A stretch of 64,000 bases of DNA, from the NCBI RefSeq assembly GCF_033153115.1, contig NW_026889794.1:4526001-4590000 (forward strand), given 5' to 3'. The notes under the pieces were generated by a model. It was not told where the DNA came from. It saw only the letters and a list, made by a program, of their open reading frames with translations, and made no database searches. Each line of letters opens with the position of its first letter. Positions within the stretch are counted from its first letter, which is position 1. The translations under genes were made by a program, and so were the position numbers. Of this stretch, positions 1-12,962 are shown one piece after another. The stretch comes from Saccostrea echinata. Lineage: Eukaryota.

Positions 1-96
1 GATTAACTTTGACCCCCGCGTTCTTTTTGTTATTTACATGTAAATTAAAAAGTATTTAATGTATTTGTTTTTGTTTCAGTCTTGAACACATTCCAA

Positions 97-215
97 AGTT
101 TACCTGTAACTCTCCTTCTGTTTGTTTTAACTGTCCATTCTTTTTGAAAAAAAAACTGTCCATTCTTAAAAGAATGGACAGATTTTCAAGAAGAATGGAC
201 ACTTACAGGTAACTT
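97..215. repeat. Nested imperfect palindrome
   Basis: ttacctgtaa..ctgtccattct..ctgtccattcttaaaagaatggacag..agaatggacacttacaggtaa. Confidence 0.55.
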
Positions 216-784
216 AATGGATTGTTTGAGGAGTTAACTCAACATTAAGCTATAGAATGGGCAACACAAACAAAAGGTCCACGTCCAAATCATGTTTTAA
301 CTTAAAATAATTAACTAAATCTTAAAGACATTTTCCTCCTATAACAACTAGAAATATGAAATACGGATTTTGAATAGTGATCAGTTGTTAAACAAAGGAC
401 AAACAAGATATGGTAACGGCCCATTTTGACCCCTTATTTCATAAAAAATGAAAACAGTTGTGATATTTTGCAAGTAAGATGCTTGTTTTAAAACCAACTT
501 TAATTTTAATTCGAAGCCTACACGGAGTCCGCACGACGGTGCCAATGTAGGACATTGTACCTATTTTTCTCAGTTCTGATATAATTTTGTCAAACTTTAA
601 GATACTTTTCACTTTCTTAAAGATGAAGCACAAGCTTGCCTATTTGAGGTTTTTTATACACAAGATGCGTCTAAATGAAAAATGTCAGTCAAGATTCGAC
701 TTAATGATAGGCTGTATTTTGGTGACAAGGTTATTTTTTCGACCATAGAACTTACGAAATGATGACTTTAAATGAAACTGCTGA

Positions 785-2321
785 TACTACTAAGTCAAAG
801 GCGTACTGACATTCTCATTTTTACTGACAAACTTAGACAATTATTGACAATGTGCTACCTTTACTGCAAAACGTACTGCAAGAGAATTACTGACCATTTT
901 ACTGCCGGTGCTGATAAACTTAGAAAAATGCTGACAATCTTAGTCGGTGCTGATAAACGTTGACAATTACTGACCCGTTTCACTGTCCCTGCTGAAAAAC
1001 TTAGACAAGTGCTGACATTTACTGATAAGTACTGTTCATATTGTTCTCGCTCTCGGGGGTCTGCAGTGGTTTGAAAATGTTTGTGTATCATTAGAAACAG
1101 TCTTATTTTAATTTTCAAAATAAAGTTTCAGTTCCCGGATAGTTAAATTTTTTAACTAAGAATTTTATTATTGATATCTTTAAAATAATTCATAATACGA
1201 TGTACAATTAACTATGTGTGAATCAAATTTAAATAAATTTGTTGAATAATTGCACTTTATACCTATCCCTGTTCAATCTAAAGAAATAAATTAATTAATC
1301 AACAAATTAGTTTTTCATCAATTTATTCCTTAGCAGAAAGATGCTAAATAAACCCGTCTTTAAATGTATAGTTTGCTTTATTTGATGTTTTCATGAAATT
1401 ACGTTTCTATTTTTTTTATCAATAGGACAAACCCTTCTTATCAAACAAAAAAAAAATAAATGTTCTAAGACTTGAATAATTACAGATCAGTCATTTCATT
1501 TCTAAATGTTCTTGGACATCTGTATATACCGCTTGAATATTTATGTATTTACTTGTTCATTCGTTTCAGTTTCGATTAATATTGTTTTCACTTTCTTTTG
1601 TTTAAGATTAAGATTATACACTGTGGGTCCCCACTACCTCCCGTGCCAAGTTTCCTACCCTCCCATCTCTCTCTCTCCAAAAGATCAATATTGACCCCGG
1701 CGAAGAGAATGCAGATAGTTTGAGATATAGTGTAACACCGACTGAAAATAATTTTTTATTGTTATGATCTTGTTGCATGTAAATTGTTTTTGAATGATTA
1801 TTCTAAAATTGTTTATAAAAAGTTAAGAAAATAAACCTGGAATTATTTTCAGCTTTTTTTCTAATTTGATAAACAAGCTTTCCATGCATGTTAATGACAA
1901 CGCATTCATTATTTCTCTCTCACTTTACCGTCCCTTGAAATGTACATTTCATGCTAACCCGACTTAACAGCAAATATTAGGAAGAAACCCCTGTAAACCA
2001 TACTTTTGCAACACTTTAGTAGTGGCTTCCTCCTTTTCATTTACTTATTTTTGTTGTTTAAAAATTGCAGCTAAATGTTAAAAGTTTGTGTTCTTCCCGA
2101 ATTAGATTTTCACATTATATTTTTAATAAATTATTCAGCAGGGGCAGTGAAAAGGGTCAGTAATTGTCTAAGTTTATCAGCACCGACTAAGATTGTCAGC
2201 ACTTTTATAAGTTTTTCAGCACCGGCGGTAAAAAGGTCAGTAATTGTCTAAGTTTTGCAATAATTTTGTCAGTAATTGTCAGTAAAAATGGGAATGGCAG
2301 TACGTTTTTGACTTTGTAGTG
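785..2321. mobile_element. CACTA/EnSpm-like non-autonomous element with ~200-bp repeat-rich inverted arms
   Basis: Right end ...gactttgtagtg (rc CACTACAAAGTC), left end tactactaagtc. Arms contain ctgacaatcttagtcggtgctgataaac (931) and its reverse complement (2172). No clear TSD. Confidence 0.65.
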
Positions 2322-2440
2322 AGCTGCATGATATTCTTGTTTCATCAACTTGTTTGTCAGTAGGTTGCCTCGTTTTAAAATTTGTTCGTATGTAGAGCAT
2401 GCTCTTGCGTATCGAATCAACTGGAGACAAAAACCAGGTG
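2322..2440 (-). mobile_element. Penelope-like retroelement remnant
   Basis: QLIRYARACSTYEQILKRGNLLTNKLMKQ resembles the post-RT region of abundant bivalve Penelope-like elements (recalled motif). Confidence 0.6.
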
Positions 2441-2966
2441 ATATGGTATATTGCTACATGATTAAGGGAAGTTGACGATAGAAAAGTTGAAGTCATCACG
2501 TTTATCATAAAGTTTTGTCCTTCGATTACCATAAACGTCTTTTTCTAATTAAATATCCAAATATGAAACAGATTTGTCAGACTCTGTGCTATCTTTTATT
2601 TCAAGTTCACTGGGATATATCGAGTCGACATATGAATGAAATAAATAAATTTGGTAGATAGGCAAGTTTAATTTGTGCACTGCATCTTTCTGAAACAAAA
2701 TGTGCTGTAAAATTGTTGAAAATTTGGTTAAAATGAAAACATTCAGAAATTTTCATAATTTAAGACCTTCCTATGACCTTTATGTGTCCCATTACCTAGA
2801 ATCGATACTCATTTTGTAACAGGGATGGCAACAGGTTTTTACTGATGAACTGTTACATCGTTCCTAAAGACATTCTAGATCAGGGGCCAAAAAGGGGCCT
2901 CACCCTATCTTGCCCATTATATGACGCATGCCTTTCCCATCGAGATTACGATACAAATCTGAATTG

Positions 2967-3002
<36 letters not shown>
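2967..3002. repeat. (CT)n microsatellite
   Basis: Direct observation. Confidence 0.9.
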
Positions 3003-3563
3003 AGAAGTATGGAATCAAACAAAACTTGACAAACGAGCATTTTTACTGAAGTCCGCTTTTTCTAATGATAGTCGAATTGCAATGTACGGTCATGTTATCA
3101 TGAACTTAGGTATTCTGTTGCTAGATTATTTTTACTGCAATCTGTGATTTCTATAATTTTAGATCGCAGAAAATGAGACTTCAGAAGCACTGAAATCTTC
3201 ATTGGCATACAATGATTCAATACCACTGACTTCCATGTTAACTTGGGGGGTTGGGGGTTACTTTTGAGCTGTACAAACTAGGGTATTTGTTTCCGCAATC
3301 AAGTTTTTTTTCTAGATTTTTTTTAAATAGAATTTTTGTTGCATATAGCATGAGGTCAATTATAATATTCAAGGTTATTTGTTGTTACACTTCATAGTCT
3401 CACATGTAATAAAAAGACCACAATATTTTCATTACACATCATATTCCTTAATATAGAAATAAGTAATTTTTTAGAACAGAGAATTATTTTTTTTCTAAGT
3501 TGAAAAAAAGAAATCTTTAAAAAAGTACAATGAAATAATAAGCTATTTATCTCTTTAAAAACT

Positions 3564-6500
3564 TTACCATAAATCATACAAAGTATTATAGAGACAAATT
3601 GTAAAAGTCACAAATATCATAACAAATGTCCACCACTGTTTCATTGTTTTCTGACCTGAAAATACAGACAAACAACAATCAAAGTAATTAAAAAAAGGAC
3701 TTGTAACGACTTGTAAAGACGAATGTGTGCCATTATTTTAACCAATCAATTACTACTATTAAGTTTTTTTCACAAATTAAAAAAGACTCAAAAGGAAAAA
3801 GTATAACACTGCTGATTCTAGAATTGTTTTCGATCATCACAAATTAAGCAATATATGCACGCACCAAAGACTTGGAAAAGCGCTTCAGACGTCCACTAGG
3901 TTCAGGAATAACATGATTGTTTGAAATTCTTTATTGAATTTATAATTGGCAGTAACGAATTGATGTCCCTCGAAACACTCAACAGAAAACTATGCACTTT
4001 TCAAAGGACTCTATTTTTAAAATTTAAATATCCATGAAAACAACAATTATTTCACACATATTTACACTCTATTCAGAGCGTGAGTTAATCTATGAAATAT
4101 AAATAAAAAAGCTTATATATAATATTTATTCACACAAAGTAGATATCTCTTGTGCATGTCCCTGTGTACAGTTTTGTTCGTAAAACGTAACATTTCAGTA
4201 ATACACACGAAATCAATGTTCTAGTATTTATAAGTTTCTTTTTATCATGAGATATTTCTTTTCTGTCTGTTTCTTAAGATCAAATGAAAAAAGGAGGTAT
4301 ATGTATTCGCAACAAATCAATAGAAAGATGAAATAAAAACATCTTATCGTTGTTAGTGTCTCTAAATATACCTAAATAATTGTTAGAGTAAAAACGCTTT
4401 CCAAATAACAATTTAATAAAGTGATAAGTTTTAAAATTACCACATTTCGTCTACCATATGCCCATAAATTACTATTATTAATCATTAATTATGTTTAATG
4501 ATATACATACCATTGTTGCATTTTACGCCTTTCATCAATGGTTTAATGATGGCTTGTAGATACGAATGAACAAATGGCACTGCTTTGTCATCACAAAGTT
4601 CTTTTGTTTTATCATCTATACAGGTCGTCATTTTTGCTGCTACTCTGTGAATTCATTCAATATCAATTTAAAACTTTTAAAAATGGTATTAATCCTTTTA
4701 TTCAGAGATTTACAAGATTTTGCTATGCAAACAATTTTTAACGATGAATTTATCTGCAAGATTTTATGGTATTTTGGAGCAGCTTAAGTTTAAAGTCTTA
4801 GTCGTAAGTTCTTTAAATGGATCACTTAGATTGACGTCTCAAAATAAAACACTTGATTATTTCCTACAGTGATACAGTAGGCCTAACTTTACTTCCACTC
4901 AGATTTTTATGTTCTTAGGTAAAAAAAAATTACCTGCATTTTTCACTAGAAGTATCAGAACCCCTTTTGGTGTCTTGCTTTTCGATTAGTTGTTGGACGA
5001 GTTTCAAGCAAGACATTATGCTTGTTTGATTCACCACAAATTTGGTCATCACACATTGGAAATTTTCAATAAATCCTATTCAAGAGGGAAAAGAGGAAAA
5101 AAAAATAATATCACACAAATACCTTTTGGTTCCATCTTTTACTCATTTTTGCATTTTAAACCTATCTTCCAACTCGAGAAAAAGAAAGTCGAAACATTTT
5201 TTTCAGGCTATTTGGACATGTTTCATAAGAGGATCGTTACCGATATATATTAGAATGAAATTATCTATGTCCAAATAGCTGGATCTCACTTCCATTCTCG
5301 ATGACCATGTAGTGCAGCGAGAATTCCATTCCATCGAAAGCAAATTTTAATAACTTGCCTAGATGGCCGAGGGGTGTAGCGCGTCGTTCTTGCACTGCTA
5401 CGAGGCAGGTTCTACAGGTCAAGAGTTAAGTTACGGGTTTTGGCGGGAGTGAGTATCCTTGTACAGTGGGCCAAATGGTGTTTCCGCTGCTTCTCGCAGT
5501 TTATTAAAATAAAGCAGTTTTAAGCTTTTAAAGAAGTAATTTTCATGGAGTTGTCAAATTAATCAATTTTAAGGTAACAGAAGTAAAAAAAAAATATTTT
5601 CATTTTTCAAGACATGACCTTGTTAACGATTTTGTAACTCATAAATGGATTTTACGTCATTTTAAGCTCACCTGAGCCGAGGGTTCAAGTGAGCTTTTCT
5701 GATCAAAATTTGCCCGTTATCTATCGTCGTTGTCGTCGTCGTTGTCGTAGTAAACGTTTCACATTTTCATCTTTCTTCTTCGCAAGAACCACTGGGCCAA
5801 TTTTCAGTCAAACTTGCCCCAAATTATCCTTGGGTAAAGACAATTAAAATTTGTTCAAATGAAGGGCCACACCTTCTTCCAAAGGGAGATAAAATGATTT
5901 CGTGAAAAATTAATGGAATAATTTAAAAATCTTCTTCTTAAGAACAACTGTACTTGTACATATGAAACTTATGTGAAATCATTGTGAGGTAGTGTAGATT
6001 CAAAATTTTCATATCATGACCCCCGGGGGTAGGGTGGGGCCACAAAAGGTGATCAAAGTTTTACATAGGAATACATCAGAAAGGGTGGGACAACAATGGA
6101 TGATCAAAGTTTTAGAGAGGAAAACATAGGGAAAATCTTTAAAAACCTTCTTCTCAAGAACAGCACGCCATGATTGGTCATATTTATATTGAAGCATCCT
6201 CAGGTAGTGTAGATTCAAATTTGTTCAAAACATGACCCCCGGGGATAGGATGGGGCCACAATGGGCGATCAAAGTTTTACATAGGAATACACAGGAAAAA
6301 TCTTTAAAAATCTTCTCAAAAACAACGCCATGATTGGTCATACTTATAAGGAAGCATCATCAAGTAGTTTAGAGTCAGGTTTGTTCAAATCATTACCCCT
6401 GGGGATAGGGTGGGGCCACAATGGGTGATCAAAGTTTTACATAAGAATACAGGAAAAAATCTTTAAAATTCTTTACAAGAACAGCAAAGCTTTGATTGGT

Positions 6501-9500
6501 CATAATAATATTATTGCATCCTCAGGTAATGTTGATTTAAATTTCTTCAAATCATTACCCTCCAGGAGAATAGAGGGACCATAACAGGGTATCATAGTTA
6601 TACAACGAATATAAAGAATATTTCGATAAAATTTTCATCTTAAGAACAGTAAAGCCATTATGTGTCATATTTATTCATAGGCATCCTTAGGAAATGTAGA
6701 TTCAAGTTTGTTCATATCATAACCCCACCCCACTCCTCCGAACTACTTTTATATTTAAACTTTTCAATACTGAAATGATTTCTGCTTTTATCTACCAACG
6801 TGTGAGCGATGTTGCCCCTGGGCCTCTTGTTTGTGTTAGTGACGTTATGAGGAACTGAAGTTTTTAATAAGGGCCACAAAAAGTGCAAAAAAAAGAGAAG
6901 AGTACAAGTAATATGCTCTTGTGAAACATGGAGATTTGAAAATGTCACGATTATTTTTGGTTATCTTCTGCAAAAATTCCTAGTGCCTGTAAAGTGTTGT
7001 AGCATTCCATAAAAATAGGAAAATTCCGTATATATTGACAGTTTGAGATCCCCCTCTCCCTCTGGAAAGCAGACTGTATAAATTTGTACTTTTAATATAT
7101 AAAGTTCGGTATAGTATTACTGATCACATACTGTAATTTGAACAAGAAAACTACTGTAATATTTTTGTAATTTGCTTTGAGGTCAAAAAAACATTTCCCC
7201 ATATAATCCCATGGTAAGTGCAACTGTATTTTGAGATGGTCCCTTAAGATAGAAAAATATGCAGACAGTATATTTATGTTCCCCAAACGAAGTTTGGGAA
7301 CATATTGTTTTTACTCTGTTTCTTATTATTATTATTATTATTATTTTTCTTCCTGGGTACTTTTTTGTCCGTGAGTGATCTCCGAAACTACACATCCGAT
7401 TGAGGTGAAACCTTTTTAGGGTTAATAGGTATGTTATGTAGATTTGCGGAACGAAGGTCATTTTTCGCGCACGCGCATGCACGTGCGTGCGCGTGCAATG
7501 CGTAAAATGACCAATATACTTGATATAGCTGTAGCTTTTATATTTTTTGACGAAATGCTTTGATACTCAGAATATAAGGATATATTAATAGTGTAGACAA
7601 GATGACATGGTCAGAATGCGCATGCATGCACGTGCGCGCATGCGCATTGATTGAAATAACCAATACAATTGATATAGATTTAACTTGTACATTTTTTGAT
7701 GAATTGCATTGAAACTCAGAATATAAATATATATTAGAAGTGTACACAAGAAGACTTGATCAGCGCACACATGCATGCACATGCGTGCACGTGCGCGCGC
7801 GTGCAATGAGTAAAATGACAGATGTACTTGATATAGCTATAACTTTCATATCTTTTGATGAAATGCGTTGATACTCAGGATATCAGGAGATATTAAAAGT
7901 ATAGACAAGATGACATGGTCAGAATGCATATGCATGCACGTGTGCGCATGCGCAATGATTGAAATAACCAATACAAATGATAAAGAATTAACTTGTACAT
8001 TTTTTATGAATTGCTTTGAAACTCAGAATATAAATATATATTTGAAGTGTTCACAAGATGACATGATCAGCGCACACATGCATGCACTTGCAAGCACGTG
8101 CGCGCGCATGCAATGAGTAGAATGACCAATATACTTAATATAGCCAAAACTTTTACATCTTTTGATGAAATACTTTAATACTCAGAATATAAGGATATAT
8201 TAATAGTGTAGACAAGATGACATGGTCAGCATGCACATGCATGCACGTGCGCGCGTGTGCAATTATTGAAATAACCAATACAATTGATATAGACTTAACT
8301 TGCACATTTTTTGTTGAATTGCATTGAAACTCAGAATATAAATATATATTATAAATGTAGACAAGACGACATTGTCAACATGCACATGCGCGTGCATGCA
8401 ATGCTAAAATGACTAATATACTTGATATAGCTGTAACTTTTATACTTTTTGATGAAATGCTTTGATACTCAAAATATGTAGATATATTAATAGTGTTGAC
8501 AAGATGACACGGTCATCATGGGCATGCATGCACGTGCGCGCGCTTGCAATGCGTAAAATGACAGATATACTTAATATAGCCGATTTTTTTTTGTATCTTT
8601 TGATGAAATTTGAATATAAAGATGTATTAAAAGTGTAGACAAGTTGACATGGTCATTTTGAACATGCATGCCCGTGCCCGTGCGGGCGCGTGTAATGCGT
8701 GATAAAACCAATATACTTGATTGTTTTATTTAATGAAGCTTACAGGGAATAAGACACCAAAAGGAAGTTGGGGAGCGTTTGGGGAACATCTGTAACGGTC
8801 CCCGTTACAATTAATACTAGTTTACTGAAACTTTGCATGTACACTGAAATCAGTGTATGCTACACTTGCTATAAAGTAAAGAGTTTCTTTATTTTAGTTT
8901 TTACACAATAAAACCACAGTCGGCTCCCTTAAGTGAATTTTATTATGCTTTCTATATTATATTTCTTCACTAAGGGCAGCTATGCTAGTTTGAGTTATTA
9001 TGTATTAAATGTGCCTCAATTAACAGTATTGAATATCTTTGAAAAAAATTGTAATATATGTTCTTTAAGGTCTATAATTTTCTTCTATAATCATATAAGT
9101 TGAAACCCCTCTTACCTTCCTTTCCCTCAGAACATAAGAAGCTAGCAGCATTTAGAGATGTTTCTACAGAAAGTGTGCTTGGTGATTTACATGCGGTCCC
9201 GTATTCCTGCACACAGTTGCCTAACTGTTTTTGAATGCTGTGCCATTCAAGAAAATATATAAAATTAGAAATTCAGTACAATTTTCAACATCAATTGTTT
9301 ACAATTTCAGATATTAAAAATTGATGTCAAACGGTATAACGTGAAAGAATATCGTATCTAGGTGGTAGTGAGAGCACACCATATACATGTACATTTAATG
9401 ATGAAACGTTCAAGGGAATTTGATGATGATTTCAAATAAGTTAATTTTAAGAAACATAACATAATTTCAAACATGTATATTGATGAACTGAAATGAAAAT

Positions 9501-9870
9501 ATCACACTTGCCTACAAAATGTATGTACTGTTTTTTTAGTATCCAACGTCTTAATATCTGGTGATTTAAACATTTTTACGATTTCTTGTATAGAGAATTG
9601 GTTCATGCAATTCCGAATCCCAGTATTGTCACAATCTTGAGCAACTGTCCCTAAAAAAAACGAAATTAACTACACAAACAAGCAATTAATCACAAAGTGT
9701 GTGCATATAGCATGCTTAACAAACATCAAAAAATGGTTGTTAACTATAGGTGTCTTTGAAGAGTAAATATTTCCAACTTACAAGCAATAGTACTATGAAT
9801 AATTATTTTACTTACTTGACACAATGGCAAGCGATACAAGAAGGACAAATACCAAGCTTACAGATTTCAT
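3564..9870 (-). CDS. Gene A: secreted 12-Cys helical-module protein (DUF19/CPG4-like by recall), ~227 aa, hydrophobic C-tail (possible GPI/TM)
   Basis: Six exons spliced by hand: 9870-9816, 9650-9512, 9237-9116, 5075-4934, 4644-4511, 3655-3564 (684 nt, open frame). MKSVSLVFVLLVSLAIVSRTVAQDCDNTGIRNC...FLCSEGKEGFIENFQC...TTCIDDKTKELC...VKCNNGQKTMKQWWTFVMIFVTFTICLYNTLYDLW*. Signal peptide present; exon sizes, phases and Cys positions match genes B and C. Intron 2 has a GC donor. Confidence 0.85.
5662..6832 (+). mobile_element. HINE/Helentron-like non-autonomous element carrying ~165-170 bp Cg170-like satellite monomers
   Basis: 5' agctcacctgagc..aagtgagc, (gtc)n microsatellite, tandem units with catgacccccgggg..ggggccacaa (6015, 6231, 6391 and others), 3' gtgagcgatg..gcccctgggcctcttgttt hairpin; T-rich flanks. 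Confidence 0.8.
7274..8823 (+). mobile_element. HINE-like element with a ~150-bp tandem array rich in (GC/AT/AC) alternation, in gene A intron 3
   Basis: Inverted repeat atgttccccaaacg / cgtttggggaacat, (att)n microsatellite, 3' hairpin tgtaacgg..ccgttaca; units caagatgacatggtc at ~7598, 7747, 7906, 8054, 8213, 8362, 8500, 8640. Confidence 0.8.
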
Positions 9871-10949
9871 GATTATAATCCAATAGGTATATTTAGCTTC
9901 AGTATATGTTCATGTTTATTTCACAATGGAAAAACCATATTTAAGTACGTTTCAAAAAAAAGTGGGTCCCATCAGCCATGTACTTCAAAACACTTGACTT
10001 TGCAGCTAGTGCAATTAAATTCAAAAATAACTGCTTAATTTAGTATCCCAGTTTATAATATCTTGAAGAACACATTGCTGAAATGAATGCAAAGGGTGTC
10101 CTTGATAATATTACTTACAGCTTTCTGCACAAAGCAGACAACACGAGGGCGGAGAGATAATACATACTCCATAGAATATACAAGTTTGCGAGTCATTATA
10201 AATCTGGGTTCAAATCAAGCCGCTTTTTACGCGGAAGGGGGGGGGGGGTATTTCAATGTTCTCATTAGGATCATGGGACATGTATCTGTATTCAACTTTT
10301 CAGCAAGCTCACTGAAAAACGAATGAGTATATTTCTTGCATGTTGTGACTTTGGTGAGGGCCCTCTCGTCAACAATTATTATTCATCATCAGACAATTTG
10401 TCCGATGTGAGATGAGATACATGCTCATGAGCTAAGAGAACTATAGTTTTATGTTCTCTTTGTTAACTGGCTTTGTCATTTGTAAGCCTTGTGCAATTTC
10501 CGCTGTAATGTAGTGTTCGGAAGGACGTGTCATTCTGTTGTGAATGCACTTATTACTTTAGAACCAGCGCACGTGGAAAGTCATTTGATTCAGATCTCCA
10601 TCCGTACATAACAAAACAGAGTGATTGGAACTTAGTTAACGTGTGATAAATATCTACCTGTTTAATTAATACCAATAAAAATATAATCCAGGAACACTCA
10701 TTTGATAAATATGAACTGATTAATGCAGTCACCCAGTCACAATTCCAGATTCGTTTTGGTTTGCTACATTCTTATAAAACAGAATTTCCGTACTTTTCAT
10801 GCGTGGGTGCAGGGTTTTTCATCATCCATTGATCAATTCGTTATAATGGTATGCCTGTCTTCAATGCCAGTTGTGCACATGCAAACCAGTTTAGATTTAT
10901 ATATAGTATAAATCCAGGATTAATAGTATGACAACACCGAAACAAAAGA

Positions 10950-11895
10950 ATCCGTGAGATTATTAATTTCGTATTGTGCTATGCCGAATAAAATAACATT
11001 GCAATAGTCTAAATGTGAAATAACTAATGATAGAACTAAAATTTCCGTAGCTTCCTTCGTTAAATATTTGCGGATGCTTTTGATCCTTAAATAATTTAAC
11101 ATTGCTGTTCGACATTTCCTATTTACATGTTCTTTGAAATTAAGATTTTCATCTAAAAATGCACCCAAATATCGTATACATTCTTCGGACTTTATTTCAT
11201 TTTCATTAATGTTAATCACTTTTGTAGCACATTTTTCTAGTTGTTTTTTACTGCCAAATAGAATAAATTCTGTTTTTGATGCATTCATTTTTAGTTTATT
11301 AGCGTTCATCCAGTTGTTAATAATCTTTGCACAATCCTCAAGCTCGCGAATAGCCTCAATTTCGCTGTGTTTCGACGTTGGATTAAAGCGTGTAATTGCG
11401 GTATGGTCATCTGCAAAGCCGAAAACTGATATGGAAGGAGGAATGACATCAAATATAGTTCCTGCGTACGCCAGATATAACCAGGGTCCTAAGCAGCTAC
11501 CTTGTGGAACGCTGCATTGCAGCTGACGCACAGATGATGAAATGGAATTTACACATACTTGGCAGCCACGAGGTCGCAAGTATGAATCTACCCATTTTAA
11601 TGCCAAGCCACAGATTCCATATTGTTTTTGAAGTACTTTTATTAATATATCGTGGTCTACAGTATCGAATGCGGCGCTGAGATCGATTGCTATAAGAGTC
11701 GTTACGTCTTGTTTCTCCATAGAGTCAAGCAGGTCATTTACGAGTCTTAAAAGCGCAGATTCACAAGAATGGAAACGTCTGTATGCCGACTGATTTTTGG
11801 GGAGTAGATTGTTTTCATTAACATGCGAATTGAGTCTACAGAGAGCGGATTTTTCGATAAGTTTTGAAAGAAATGACAGGTATTGGCCTGTGTGT
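10950..11895 (-). mobile_element. L2/Crack-like LINE reverse transcriptase fragment
   Basis: ORF 10920-11720: DLSAAFDTVDH, VPQGSCLGP, GFADD, LKMNASKTE, ISHLDYCN. The frame continues upstream (QSAYRRFHSCESALLRLVNDLL). Truncated at both ends. Confidence 0.88.
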
Positions 11896-12154
11896 AAGTC
11901 TCTCTCACTGAATAGAGAAGTTCGTTGAATTCCATGTTTGTGTACATGCTCGTCATATCAGTTATTAATAATGCGTTTGTTGGTAGGCTCCTGATGATGG
12001 CGGATTTGCAGCTAATTAATAAACTATCAAAATCATAAGCCTCGTATATATCATACCACCAAAACACTAGATTAGTGTCGAGTCAAGTGATCTGAGGTAC
12101 GTGGCTGATGGGAGCCACTTTCTTTGGAAAAAATTATTACTATTTTTTACTTAC

Positions 12155-12209
12155 CTGACACAATGGCAAGCGATACAAGAAGGACAAATGCCATGCTTAC
12201 AGATTTCAT
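12155..12209 (-). other. Duplicate of gene A exon 1 (signal peptide) with its upstream flank; possible alternative first exon
   Basis: MKSVSMAFVLLVSLAIVS+G|gtaagt, near-identical to 9816-9870. Homology extends ~75 bp upstream (12210-12287 vs 9871-9950). ATG and phase-1 donor are intact. Confidence 0.75.
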
Positions 12210-12962
12210 GATTATAATCCAAGTATGTTTAGCTTTAGTATATAGATAATGTTTATTTCACACTGGAAAAACCATATTAGAGTACGTGTGTAAAGAGAGA
12301 TATGCATGGCTGCCTCCATACGTCAGAAGGTGTGTATTAGAAGACTAAACTGTCTCATTTACAATACTCATTATGCAAATTACTTGGTCAAGGTCTTGTA
12401 AAAAAAATTCTTTAAATGATATTACTCAGTAAAAATTTCCTGAAACTAAACATTTCGAAATTGAATTGATACACCTTAGTATTCAAAAAATTTACAAGTA
12501 TTGTTTTCAATTTGCATTTTACACATTCCGTGTTTTAATTATTATTTTTTTTATTTTCTTTATCTCTTACAATAAAGAAACTGATTGTTTAAGTGTGATT
12601 TTGAGGTCTCAGTCACATCTATGTAACAAAATAAATTCTTTGCAATCCATGACAATCAATGCGTTTAAATTTCTCGATAATATTTACTACGTGCTACAAT
12701 ACATCAAGGTTTCATCATTATTTGCTTTGAAACTTATGCATTGTGATATCATGTTATTTATCCCCGGCTCAAGACGGGTATACAGACATTTACACCCGGT
12801 TGCTATCCAATCAAATATCGTGTTACAACCTAGATAGGAAATAGATTTTATTATATTCACTTATATTATATAACACTGGACTGATAAATTTTTGATCCAA
12901 GCCAGTTAACTGATTGCAAAAAGAATTAAAATACACTTAATTACCCTTAGCATCTAAGCCTT

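Noticed and set aside
7183-8116. MHARAR-type ORFs
   Set aside because: Translation products of the satellite's alternating tracts.
11134-11526. 130-aa plus-strand ORF
   Set aside because: Antisense shadow of the RT fragment.
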